Shown here: in pieces, positions 13,485-23,886 of the stretch
How positions within the stretch are numbered: position 1 is the stretch's first letter
How the letters are laid out: every line of letters starts with the position of its first letter
Assembly (NCBI RefSeq): GCF_000315625.1
Contig: NW_005434625.1
Span: 389,726-453,725 of the forward strand
Reading direction: 5' to 3'
Source: Guillardia theta CCMP2712
Taxonomy: Eukaryota > Protista > Cryptophyta
DNA: 64,000 nucleotides
Program-made: the position numbers and the translations under genes
Notes under the pieces: model-generated
The model's input: only the letters and a program-made list of their open reading frames with translations
The model's database searches: none
Told to the model about the DNA's origin: nothing

Positions 13485-13815
13485 TTAAGGGTTGTTGACG
13501 GTGCCGCTCCAGGAATCCGCAGGGGAAGGGACGGCAGGAGCAGCGTTACAGGCAACATCGTCGGCCACGCACGAGTAAGCCTCGATCTCGGCCCTGGTGT
13601 AGCTGGCAATCTCGATGGGTCCCGACCAGTTCTTGGAGACGGTAGGGGTGACGTCTGTTCAGTAACAATCAGATGAAGAGAAAACCATCAATCGAGGTAT
13701 CAAGCACCGTTGAAGAGGGAGGTGTAGTTGCGAATGTCCTGGAACATGCTGTAAATGTGAAAAATTCGTGTCAGGCATGGAAGATAGAATTCAACTTCAT
13801 GTTCATGACAACCAT
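13485..13815 (-). CDS. Small (~69-77 aa) orphan protein missed by the ORF track
   Basis: GT-AG introns 13749-13795 (47 nt, CTGAC branch-like site) and 13655-13707 (53 nt) splice in frame to (MVVMNMN)MFQDIRNYTSLFNDVTPTVSKNWSGPIEIASYTRAEIEAYSCVADDVACNAAPAVPSPADSWSGTVNNP*. Strongly C-ending codons; TATATAG ~25 nt upstream. Confidence 0.75.
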
Positions 13816-14269
13816 GTCTGTGATCTTCACTACATTGCTATATACCCCATCCTTCACTGAGCCCATGATAGGGAATGCATCCGATCGAATAACTTGTTCT
13901 CCGCCCCATAGCACTCACTCACTCACTCCCTTGACATAACTTTTTATGTAGCAGAGTCATGCCAATGTCTGGCATTCTCTAGGGATACTGTTACCCAGCT
14001 TGACAGCATTTCGTTTTTGTGTTAACCCTCTGCCTCCTGCCCGTTTTAGCGTCGCTCCCTCTCCTCGGTACGGAATGTGACCATGTGCTCTTCCTTAAGG
14101 TATCCCAGCCCCGATTCGAACTTTAGTACCGCACTCCGCTTGTTGGCTAAAACTTCCACCTTCTCTATCCTGGTCAAAGAGATTACTTATCTCGATAACT
14201 GAACAGCTTGAGGGTACTGGTACAGGGGGACAGCAGTAAAAAAAAGCGACACGGAAAATACTACGGGAC

Positions 14270-15200
14270 TGCCACCGTGACGGCCGGCCGGAATTTTTAC
14301 CCCGAAAAAGTTAGTCAACTTTACCGTAGTACCGTATGACGTCGGACCCGGCGTGACTCTCACGGGCGCCGGAATGGACGGTCCGATCGGGCCGGGCCGG
14401 GTCAGTGGCCGCTCAGCCGCGGGCCGCGCTTGCCCCCCGGGCCGCCGGCCGGGCCGGTGCCCGGGCCGGGCCGGAAACCCCCCGGGCCGCCCAGAGTCCG
14501 ACGGTCAACCCGGCGTGAACGCCTCCGGGCCTGTCTTGGGTATCAGTGCGGCACGGTTTCACAGGCTCCTTTGTCGAGTCCGACGCCGGGCCCGCCTTCC
14601 CAACCGTCGAACCTGAAGCGGATCAGACACCGTGCCACTGCCCGCCGCGCGGCCGGGCGGCCGCTCTCCCAACTGGAAAGCCGGAGGCTTCAAGTTCGCG
14701 CTCACCGTCGGACCCGGGCCTCGGCGTCCAACCCTGCGCGGCGGCGGCTGCATGACAGTGAAACTTGAACATGAAAACATTCAACTTGCCCGCGGCGGGC
14801 CGGCGACTCAACTGAGTCCGCTGCCTCAGCCCGACGGCCGGGGGCCGGCACACGCCGTATCCGAGCCCGGTCTGAGTCGGTGACTCAGGCCCTGAGGGCC
14901 CGGATCGTGTCGCCGGGCCGGGGAGCCGGCGGCGGCGGGCAGTGCCCGCCTGTTGGGCCAGTGGGGTGCCCGGTGACCGTACGGTCGGTCAAGCAAGTTC
15001 ACGGCCTGGCTGACGGTCTTTTCTGAAGTTCTCTTCAAGTCCGAGGCGCCGCGCCGCCGAGCCGCCGAGCCACGCCGGCTCGCCGCCACAGCTCGCAGTG
15101 ACATTCAGAAGTTGGTTCAAACGGTTGAGTCAGTCGGGATCCGCTTCTCCGATGATGACTCACTCAGTGATACTCACGCCGCCTGGAGACTAGATGCGGC
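14270..15200. other. GC-rich palindromic intergenic island (CCGG/GGCC, TGACTCAG, TTCAAGTT motifs)
   Basis: Dense ccgggccgg/ggccgcgg runs; perfect inverted repeat CTGAGTC-GGT-GACTCAG at 14872-14888 followed by GCCCT-G-AGGGC. ORFs here are Pro/Arg/Gly noise. Confidence 0.7.
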
Positions 15201-15392
15201 AGATTCAGTGAGATTTGAAGCTTCATTACTAAGGTTAGAATAGTACTACTAAATTACGGTAATTTCGGAGAGTATATTAACATAAAGGACTGGCCGCGCA
15301 TCGGAGGATACCATGCCTGAGCCGGATCTGAAAGCTTCCGGCGAGTTTGCCCGCCAGCAGTGACCGGTGGCAGCGTCTGGATGCAACTTGCT

Positions 15393-16199
15393 TCAATTGG
15401 ACGTTTGGAAAGCTGAGTGCTCTTTCCTGTTTTCTCTCAGGAAATGTTTTTGTGCATGAGAGCGTATCTGCTGCACAGATCTTGTACCGACGGCGGCAGC
15501 AATAAGCTCTGCCACTCCAGGTCCCAGACCAACAAAGACTCGGCCTGTAGAGTTTTTTATCCTTGTCTTGGTGGTGCCGAATCGATCCAGCGCAACCAAA
15601 AACTTCTCATGCTCCTCATTCGTCCATTGCGTGCGAGGCGTGACCTTCTTGCTTTCGAGAAACTCGTCGGGTGCGGTCTCAATGAGCGGCGAGCCGAACG
15701 CATGGTACTTGCCCTTGGCAATTTTTTGGGTGTCCAGCGTCGATCGAAGAAGATTGTTGAAAGCTGCTTGCCCCTGAAACAAAGCTGAATTTTGATTGAA
15801 CTGGACATACGGAAAGCTAGCATCGAAGGATGTTGTCTTGCTCGTTGGCAAATCGTACCCACTCTGCCTTTCAACTTGGAACGAAGGAACACGCGGAAGA
15901 GCAAATGCTTGGGGCTGCCATTGAAGATTCGCATTGACATGTGACATTGCTGAATTGTTGGTCTGGACTGTGTCTTTTTGATTTTGAGGAGGGCTGTTCG
16001 AGGCAGGTTGACTGCTGTGATCGAAAACTTCGAAGCTGTCCCCACGTAGCAGCCTTTTTTGGCAGAAGCTGAGCTGCCTCCGATATTCTGCTGATTGGGG
16101 AGGGACCACATCTGATGGATACAGATCGGCTATCGCATCAACCAAGCTTGTTGCTGATATCGGCTTCGATAGAAGCTGCGCTTGCGTGGGTCCGCACAT
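15393..16199 (-). CDS. MYB-related (SHAQKYF-class) transcription factor, intronless
   Basis: PRTQWTNEEHEKFLVALDRFG...IAAAVGTRSVQQIRSHAQKHF at the C-terminus. Confidence 0.9.
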   Translation of the reverse strand: MCGPTQAQLLSKPISATSLVDAIADLYPSDVVPPQSAEYRRQLSFCQKRLLRGDSFEVFDHSSQPASNSPPQNQKDTVQTNNSAMSHVNANLQWQPQAFALPRVPSFQVERQSGYDLPTSKTTSFDASFPYVQFNQNSALFQGQAAFNNLLRSTLDTQKIAKGKYHAFGSPLIETAPDEFLESKKVTPRTQWTNEEHEKFLVALDRFGTTKTRIKNSTGRVFVGLGPGVAELIAAAVGTRSVQQIRSHAQKHFLRENRKEHSAFQTSN

Positions 16200-17299
16200 C
16201 GTTTGGTAAAGCTTTTTCTTGTGTTCTCTCAGGTGAACTGGATGCGGGGATGTTTATCGTGGCCTTGGGGTACAATGCTGATCTCTGCTTCAAAACACGT
16301 GTTCGAATTGACTAGTCGTTCAAGGTGCTTCTGTTCTTCTGACTTGCTTCGCTCGCTCGTCTTGCTCTGATCTTCGATTTGTGTAGGGAACCAACACCCC
16401 GCATCTATAACTGATCACCCCCCACCCCTTCTATGGCCCCATGAACACCCCTTCATTCCTATCGGTAAACAGTCCAGGTCAGATTTATTGTAGCGACCAC
16501 CTCTACCTCTTTGTTCTCAAAAGAGGGGGTAGGGTGTCGCCATCTGGCCCTGTTGTAAACCTAAGCTTACAGAGAAAAGTCTGCAAGGTCTTGAAAACAA
16601 TAATTTTCAACATTGATGACACACAAATGATGACATGATGACACTCCGAAAAAGCTTTGAGTTCTTCATTTACTACCTGAGTTACCCACGTACAAGGTTT
16701 CCTATACTCCTATTCTGAGGCGAACTCGAAAATTTGTACCAGGCCGCCGCCGTGTCGTGACTAGGTGTCAGCGGTGATGTGCAAGGGCCTTACAGACCGC
16801 CTGCTGCGGGGTGTGGCCCCCTGACTGTCCCGCGCCCGTTCGCGTCGGCCGTGACTGCACTAAATGCGTCCGGGCCCGAATCGCCCCGGCTGCCGCATTC
16901 GCACTGGGCCCGCTGGGCCGCGCAGTGAGAGGCCCAGGCCGGGCCCGGGCCTCATCGAGTCGGGGAAGGCTGAAGTTTGGGCGCCTAACGGGATTCAGGA
17001 ACCTCTTTTACTCAAAGTTCAGGAACCATGCGAGTTTGTGGGACGGAGAGGACAGGGGATGCAGAGGGGTCTACGATAGATGTGAGAAAGAGAGGTTCTA
17101 ACTTAACTTTGAGTAAAGAGAAATTGGGGTTCTGCTCGCTGGAAATCAGAACGGGGATGTTGTTCTAATGAGAAAAAGATGTACGGTTTTGTGTGAGAGC
17201 AATTGTCTCATTAACCTTCTTCATCGTAAATTTGTATGCTTCACTAATTATGATGCATACGGCATTTCATATGTCAGAGGCTTCTCTTGATGCGGATCA

Positions 17300-18800
17300 G
17301 GTCAAACAATGCGATCGACAAACATGGTCATGGGGGTTTGCAGCCCAGCACATAACACGGGGTACTTGTATATCGTTGCCGTGGAAAGTCAAGCATAAAT
17401 CATCAAAAATCTTGTTCTTGCTGGTTTGACCTTCACTGTTGAAATTCCGTTTCTGACATGATTTCAATTTCTCCAGGTGTGGGTAATGTTTGCTTGATGG
17501 ATGATGGCATTGCTCAGGAAGAGGATCTTGGCAAGTCAATTTCTTATTCCTGCAGAATGTGTGGGCAAGATTTCTCGTGCTGAAGCTAGTATCAAATAAC
17601 TGCAAGAGCTTAATTCTAAATAGCCGCAATCAGACTTGAGAGAGGGGAAGGAAGAATTCTGGATGAAGACCTGTAAGTCTCAAGTTGAGAGGCGCTCAGC
17701 ACCAAATCAATGCGCTTTGTCGGAAACATCAAGTAAAGTATTTCAGAGTCAACTCGCATGGCTTTTTTGCATGTTTCTTCATGTATCTAATCGAGCATGA
17801 GTATTATGTAGAAGAAGGAAGTGGCAAGAGCCCGATCGGCTACTTCTGCACAGCCTTAAATGAAGTTTGACCCCAGGATGCGCAGAAGACGACGACAGAG
17901 AAGTTCCAACTGAGGTTTCCCTCACTGGAACAAGCCATGAGCGCGAGTTGGTCAAAGCTCGGAGTGTAGACGTCTTCGGCTTTCGAATGCGAGTTTGAGG
18001 GGCTTGTATGATGGTTGCTTGAGGATTTTGCCGCACGTTTCTTCCGTGAGTGGTACCGCTGAACCCCGAGGAATGTCACTATCAACATCATCCAAGGGGT
18101 CAAATATCACCTTCACTTCTCGTCTCAGCGAGGTTCGCGAGCAGCTGATGCGAATTCCTGCAAGAAGTCAGATCCGAAGTAGAGAGAGAGATAGGCGAAG
18201 ACCATTGATTCGGCTCCATATTTCTCGGCCCAATCGACTATTACCTTCTTGGACAGGTCAGAGATCTAAACAAGAGCCCGTCAACAACGACATCCTGTAC
18301 ACTCAAAATCAAATCACCATCTTCGGGTATTCGAGCTTCGGCTGAGCAAATTTGAGCACTCGTGAGAGAACCTGGGAGGTGCATGAGAAGACAACATATC
18401 AGTGAGTCATCAGTCTATGAGATTGGTGAGGAAGTCGGAAACAAGGTGGATGTTGAAAAGACACCCATCACAACGCATACTTCAGGATTCTTTTCACGTG
18501 TTCTTCCATGTATAGCTCCATTTCCAGCAGAGCAACCTCTATCACATCTCTTCCTTGGCTAGGCTTGCAGGCACGAAGCACCTGGTGGAGCCTTCCATGA
18601 GAACAACAAACACGTCACAAGCTCACAGCCGACAAGATGCAGGTGCATGGGTACGTAGACGTCCCATGTTCGTTCGCTCTGGGAGCTCCAAACAGAAACC
18701 TGCTTGTTCGGGATAGTGTGATCTGGCTTGCCTATTCGTGCATGCTTCTCAACCTGACCAGAGGATCTTTGAAAAGTCAACTTGACTGTTCAACCTCAAA
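17300..18800 (-). CDS. Possible multi-exon hypothetical protein
   Basis: Coding-like minus-strand segments (e.g. VKVIFDPLDDVDSDIPRGSAVPLTEETCGKILKQPSYKPLKLAFESRRRL) separated by intron-like stretches. No domain recognised. Confidence 0.25.
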
Positions 18801-19543
18801 TCTTATGCTCTGGCAATAAAACATATCTCTACACCTTCGATCGTAGAGGGCAACCAAGATTCTTCTGAGCATCTAGACAACATGGCAGGAATCCCCGTAC
18901 AATCATCCCCGTACCATCTCAAGTTCTACTTCAGATGCGCATACAGCTCGCCAATCTATCCGACAAACATAGCAACGGCTCGATTGACATCTATCACAAC
19001 ACGGCACACATCACAGTGTCGCTCTTCGATCTTTACTCTTCCATCGTCGCTCCTCCAAACATGTTGTCCTCCACATTCATCATCAGAGCTGATTCTGATA
19101 ACTCAACCCCTTTCGATGACCCCACCCCGTCTTTCCCTCGTTTTACATTGATATCCCACCCACCTTTTCCTAAACTCAGGGAAGGTGTCCCCGACATGGC
19201 CGTTGAAGGCAAGAAGAGCGGCACCATGACGCCCGACGTGGTCAGGAACGGGCGAGGGCGCAAGACGACGATGGGAGGTCAGTTCCTATCTTGGTGCCTG
19301 TGCTCCTTCACCCTCTCTTGATCCCCTCCCCCCGCCCTTTCTGCCCACCGGCTGGTCGGCGTGTGAAGTTTGAATGCAGGTGGTTTTGTGTCCCACGTCC
19401 CGGCACGCTTCAGTGGGCCGAAGAGACATGAAGTTCCAGCAAGGTGAGGATTAAGGGTGTGGACTCAGAAGCCTAGTCTGCTGCAAACTGTTGAGCCTCT
19501 AACATTCCAACGCAGCGAGCAAGATCCCAGGAATTTCGCAATC

Positions 19544-21397
19544 ATGTCAGTCAAAGTTCGTGGGCTTGTTCCGACATTTCCTGACGGCTCTCAAATCATC
19601 ATTCCTCCGAGACCCGCCAGGTACACCATCTCCAACAAAGGATGCATGTGATGAATGCATCTCTCAGCATCTCCGCGCCCAAGAAGAAGGTAGAGGTTGG
19701 CGAGGCGCCGGAGCTAAGCAGGAAGTTAGAGAAGAAGAACGTTATGTTGAGACTCTCTCAAGAGTACATCGAAAACCTTCAGCTTCAAGTTAAGATTCTT
19801 GAAAAACAAGTGGAGCTCGAGAAACAGCATCTGCCCTCACAGCAGTCCGAGTCCGAAGATGATAGTCAACAGTCAAGGATCGTCCCTCACCGTCCTGCAC
19901 TGATGGTGGTGAAGGAGGAGAATCTCAGGAGGGAAAGGCAACCGATGGTGAGATGAGCGATGCCATTCTCGCCGAACTGAGTTCCTCTGCTCAGAAGATC
20001 AACCAAGTTGAGATAACCGGCGGGACAGGGACAGGCACAAGAGGAAAGCATTTGCTTGGCAGTGAAGATCGAATTCAAAAACCCTCTCCTCAGCCAGCAG
20101 GTTGGATTTTATTTCTGTTTTCCTCTCCAGGTTCTGAATATCTCCTGTCAAGGAAAGTCTTTGAACATCTTTCGTGATCTGCATTCATCACAAGACGTGG
20201 TTGACCAATGGCTGATCAAGGTAAAAATTTTTCTTTGGCCTGCCAGTAGTTCACTTATTGAGGCACATGGTAGTTGTTTCAAGAAAACAAGCATGAGGAT
20301 TTTGTCCAGAGACATCAGGAAGAGGTAATGAACGTTGCGGGAAAGATGTCATATTTTCACTGTGTTGTTGCAGGTTATCAAACTTTTCAAACAGAATGAC
20401 ATCACGGGGGCTGGTAGAAGCGCTTGCTTAGTTTGCAGCTGCTGTGTGATTTTGGACCCACAGATTTGAGGGAAATGACGATGGAAGATCTGAGGAATGA
20501 AATCTGCATTCCCAGGTGCTGCTCTATGTTGCTTCGGAACTGTGTCTGAATGCTTCGCGCGCTAGCCTTGCTATGCGGAAGTTCTTGTTCAAACAGATTT
20601 CAGCAGCGCAAATGAGAGGAGGACAAGTGAACATCAGTGTGTCATCTCATATCGGACCCTCCGACCCTCCTGCCGCTCACAACAAAGACGACACTTCATC
20701 ACAAGCAAGAAGCAACCGGCGAATGGTGATCAAACTTTTTTTACTGCGCTGTTGGATGATGTATTATCAGATCGTCGATGATAAGCATACCAACGCAAAA
20801 ACAGGTCAAGTTGTCTCAAAAAATGACCAAGGGGACCGAGGAAGTACACATGGAAAGACAAGAGAGGAAAAGGAGACACGGTTCTCTCCTTCTCGTCCGC
20901 GTGAGCCCTCCGCTGCACTGAGCAAGGAGGAGGGGCCAGTAGGAGATATCTTCCGCCTGTGGGGTGCGCGGGGAAGCAATCTGTCCAAGAAGGTTCTGCT
21001 CTGAACTTCCTGCATGCCTCGCACCTGACCTGCCGGCAGGAGGACTGTGTGGAGCGACAAGAGTTCCACGAGATACTGAAAACCCTCGGTGATTGATCGT
21101 GATCGAACTCCTGTTACGTCTCTGAATGCGCGACAGGGGTGCTTGGTAAGTTGCAGCCGGCACAAGCAGACATCATGTTCGACGACAGCATGTACACCTC
21201 GATGTTTGAGTTCTTGTATTCGTTACACACTCACACCCAGGAAAGCAAACAAGTTCTCGAATTCGTCGGGGTTAGACTGGACTGGCTTCCGGTTGGTAGA
21301 GAGTTGTGAAGGCCCTGGCGGCTGACGTCTTCTCCTCAGCAACGCCATGTCCTTGGTCGGCAACGAGCTCAAACTCGATCTTGATGACATCAAGGTG
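19544..21397 (+). CDS. Coiled-coil + SAM (sterile alpha motif) domain protein, multi-exon
   Basis: MSVKVRGLVPTFPDGS...; coiled coil LSQEYIENLQLQVKILEKQVELEK. Spliced DVVDQWLIK...VIKLFKQNDITGA|DLREMTMEDLRNEICIP|SLAMRKFLFKQI (~20195-20600) fits the SAM pattern WL...F..NxIxG..L..LT.EDL...I....RK. 3' end approximate. Confidence 0.6.
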
Positions 21398-21586
21398 AGG
21401 TGGAGCAGAGCGTCTGTGAGTTGAGTAGCTCTGCAGATGTGGCCCTTGCAGCTTCAAAGTCGTTCCCTATGAGTCGTTCCCTATGAGCCTGACCATGTCG
21501 CCTCTATTTCGCTGGCATACTCTGAATGTTAAAATTACTCTCTAAGAATGCAAAATCTTTGTGTTGTCATTTCCTCAATTCCCGCA

Positions 21587-21970
21587 TCACACGCTCTCCT
21601 CTTTCCCCGCCTTCAGCTGCCTCCTCAGGGCATCGTTCTCCTCGCGCAGCCGATGGATCTCGATGCGGAAGCTCCGCAGCTCCATCCATGCTCCAATGCC
21701 GACGAGGACAAAGGCAGCGCTGGCAGCACAGAGGCTGTAGCTGATTACCTTGAGGGGCGGCCCACACTCCATTGCCAAAGGCTTCAGCAGTTCAGACCAC
21801 ATGGACCCCTTCTTGGCTGAATCCACGGAGAGCTCGAGCATGTGCGTGCTCGTGCTGATGCGATCGATCTGGTCATCAAGGGCCTTCAGCTTCAGGTAGC
21901 CCCAGCTGCCGCATGCCCCGATCAGCGAGGTAACCGAGGAGAAGGCGAATGCAGCAACAGGGAAGACCAT
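21587..21970 (-). CDS. Small membrane protein with two hydrophobic segments and a C-terminal coiled coil
   Basis: MVFPVAAFAFSSVTSLIGACGSWGYL...VISYSLCAASAAFVLVGIGAW-MELRSFRIEIHRLREENDALRRQLK; single exon from ATG 21970. Confidence 0.55.
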   Translation of the reverse strand: MVFPVAAFAFSSVTSLIGACGSWGYLKLKALDDQIDRISTSTHMLELSVDSAKKGSMWSELLKPLAMECGPPLKVISYSLCAASAAFVLVGIGAWMELRSFRIEIHRLREENDALRRQLKAGKEESV

Positions 21971-22588
21971 TTGGGAACAGGTACAGAGAACAGTAGGAGG
22001 TCTGTTGTTCTCCACCCTCCTTGCTCGGTTATGCTTCTGTTGTCGTGCCCAATCTGTCAGATCTTCCAACTATGCATCTGTACTCTGTTCCTTCTCTCCC
22101 TCTCCTGCTCTGCCTCCACCTGCTGCTTCGTTTTCTCACAGGCTTTAACGATTACCGTTATTGACCGTTTTGAACGTTTTCAAGCCGTTGGTTGCCGTTA
22201 TGGTCCACCGGATATGGAGCCTTTGAAGAGACATGGACCCAAAGAATTTATCGGAGGGGTATTGCTTTCACTTTAGCTGCACTCGATAGACCAAAAAATA
22301 CCCTTTAAGCCTGAAATTTCACTATATGATTTCGGTACGTACAAATAGTATTTTTTCAGACAACATGATGACTAAGATTCAATGAAGCACCAACGAGGAA
22401 TTCCCTGGATAGGGGGTTGAATTCATATTTCTTCGATTGCAGTACTAACTCCAAACGCTGAAGCCCGTTGGATGTACAAACAAAAGACTTAAAACCATCG
22501 GGCCCTTGCGATAAGAGTACCCCGAGTGGAAAAACACCCCACAGACCATTCCCCGCGGCGAACTATGGTAAGAGCGGATAGTGTCGGC

Positions 22589-23460
22589 TATGGAAGAGCG
22601 AAGAGGAGAGCGAGCATGCTATCATGTGATGAGAGTATTTGAAGAGAGATGCAAGGAGGCTGTGAACCTTGCCATGATGAGATGCGCTGAAGATGTGGTT
22701 GCGGTGTATGGCTCGAGTGCGTTCAGTCCTCTGTGCAGTGTGCACGTTCGCCGATCGGGTGGTGGAGATGTGGAGGAGGCAACCGAGTCTCGTTGGATGC
22801 TGGATGAAAGATCTGAATTGTTGATGAAACGCTGCTGTGTCATCTTTGTCTTGAAGACAGTTGTGGTCTTCGCTGTGTTGTTGAACGCGCATGTTCAGCT
22901 ATAATGCTAGAGAGGTCGAGTAGCTGCGGATCAAACTGAGAGAGCTGCTTTCTTCCACCCTTCTGACGTTGGCCAACAGATGTTCGACTTTGTCACAATG
23001 CTCAAACAGGTAGAGTATTTTTTTCCACCAGCTGACACACTTTCTCTCAACATGCTCCTCACCATTTGCTTACATGGTCGCAGGAAAAACATGACAAAGC
23101 ATCATGGGAAACTTGGCTCGGTAAGATCATTGGAAGTATTGTAGAGAACTGCACGGTGGACTAGGGAGGGGAGAGAAGGGAAGAGAGCGGGAACGGGAAA
23201 AGTGCACAAGGACTGACATGGACGTTTTGAAGGGCCAATGGCTGTAAACCTGAGGGACTTGATGCACATCAACCTCCTTTACAACGCCAACACCGCAGCG
23301 CCCACTGCAGTTGTCTCCGAGTGAAGATGTGAGCGGTGCCGGCTCGTGCTGTGAACGCCTGACTGACTGCTATGGCAGAGACGCAGAGGCGATTGGAACT
23401 TACAAGATCGAACATGAGAAAATCAAAAAAATCAGCACAAAAATGTATTTTACGAAAACA
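22589..23460 (+). CDS. Probable multi-exon hypothetical protein
   Basis: MEERRGERACYHVMRVFEERCKEAVNLAMMRC... with downstream exons bounded by GTAGAG...CAG and GTAAGA...AG (FFHPSDVGQQMFDFVTMLKQ|EKHDKASWETWL|GPMAVNLRDLMHINLLYN). Confidence 0.4.
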
Positions 23461-23886
23461 TCAGCAGCAGCACATCTTTTTGAATGGCGGGTCGGCACTC
23501 GTTGCGCGGTCCCCGGCGTGGTTTTTCTATCTTATCGTAACCTTTTACTTGGATTTGGAGTGAAATAGTCTTGACATTCAGTCGGCTGCTCTTGCCCAAT
23601 GTTGGATTTGCAGTGAAGACGAGGAGGAGGAGGAGGAGTGTTGGAGATGAGGAGGAGAGGGAGGAGGAGCGTTGGATTAGAAGGATATTGCGAAATGAGC
23701 GATGGTGTTGTTAGATCTTTCTTGGTACGTCGAAGACTGACATGCGTGTTCACCTCTATCAATTCCTTCCTCGTTTGAGTGTTGCCAAGTAGACACTTTG
23801 GACGTGATCAGAGACGACAACACGTATTCTTCATTACAAAACCTTCATATCCTGCATTTTATTCATGCGCTCCTCTCATCAACATT

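Noticed and set aside
14353-15104. Several ORFs in the GC island (also 53207-54020)
   Set aside because: Pro/Arg/Gly/Ala-rich in all frames, as expected from GC content; no splice or domain support.
21459-21488. 14-bp direct repeat GTCGTTCCCTATGA x2 as a CRISPR repeat or target-site duplication
   Set aside because: Two abutting copies with no spacer and no element between them; a simple slippage duplication.
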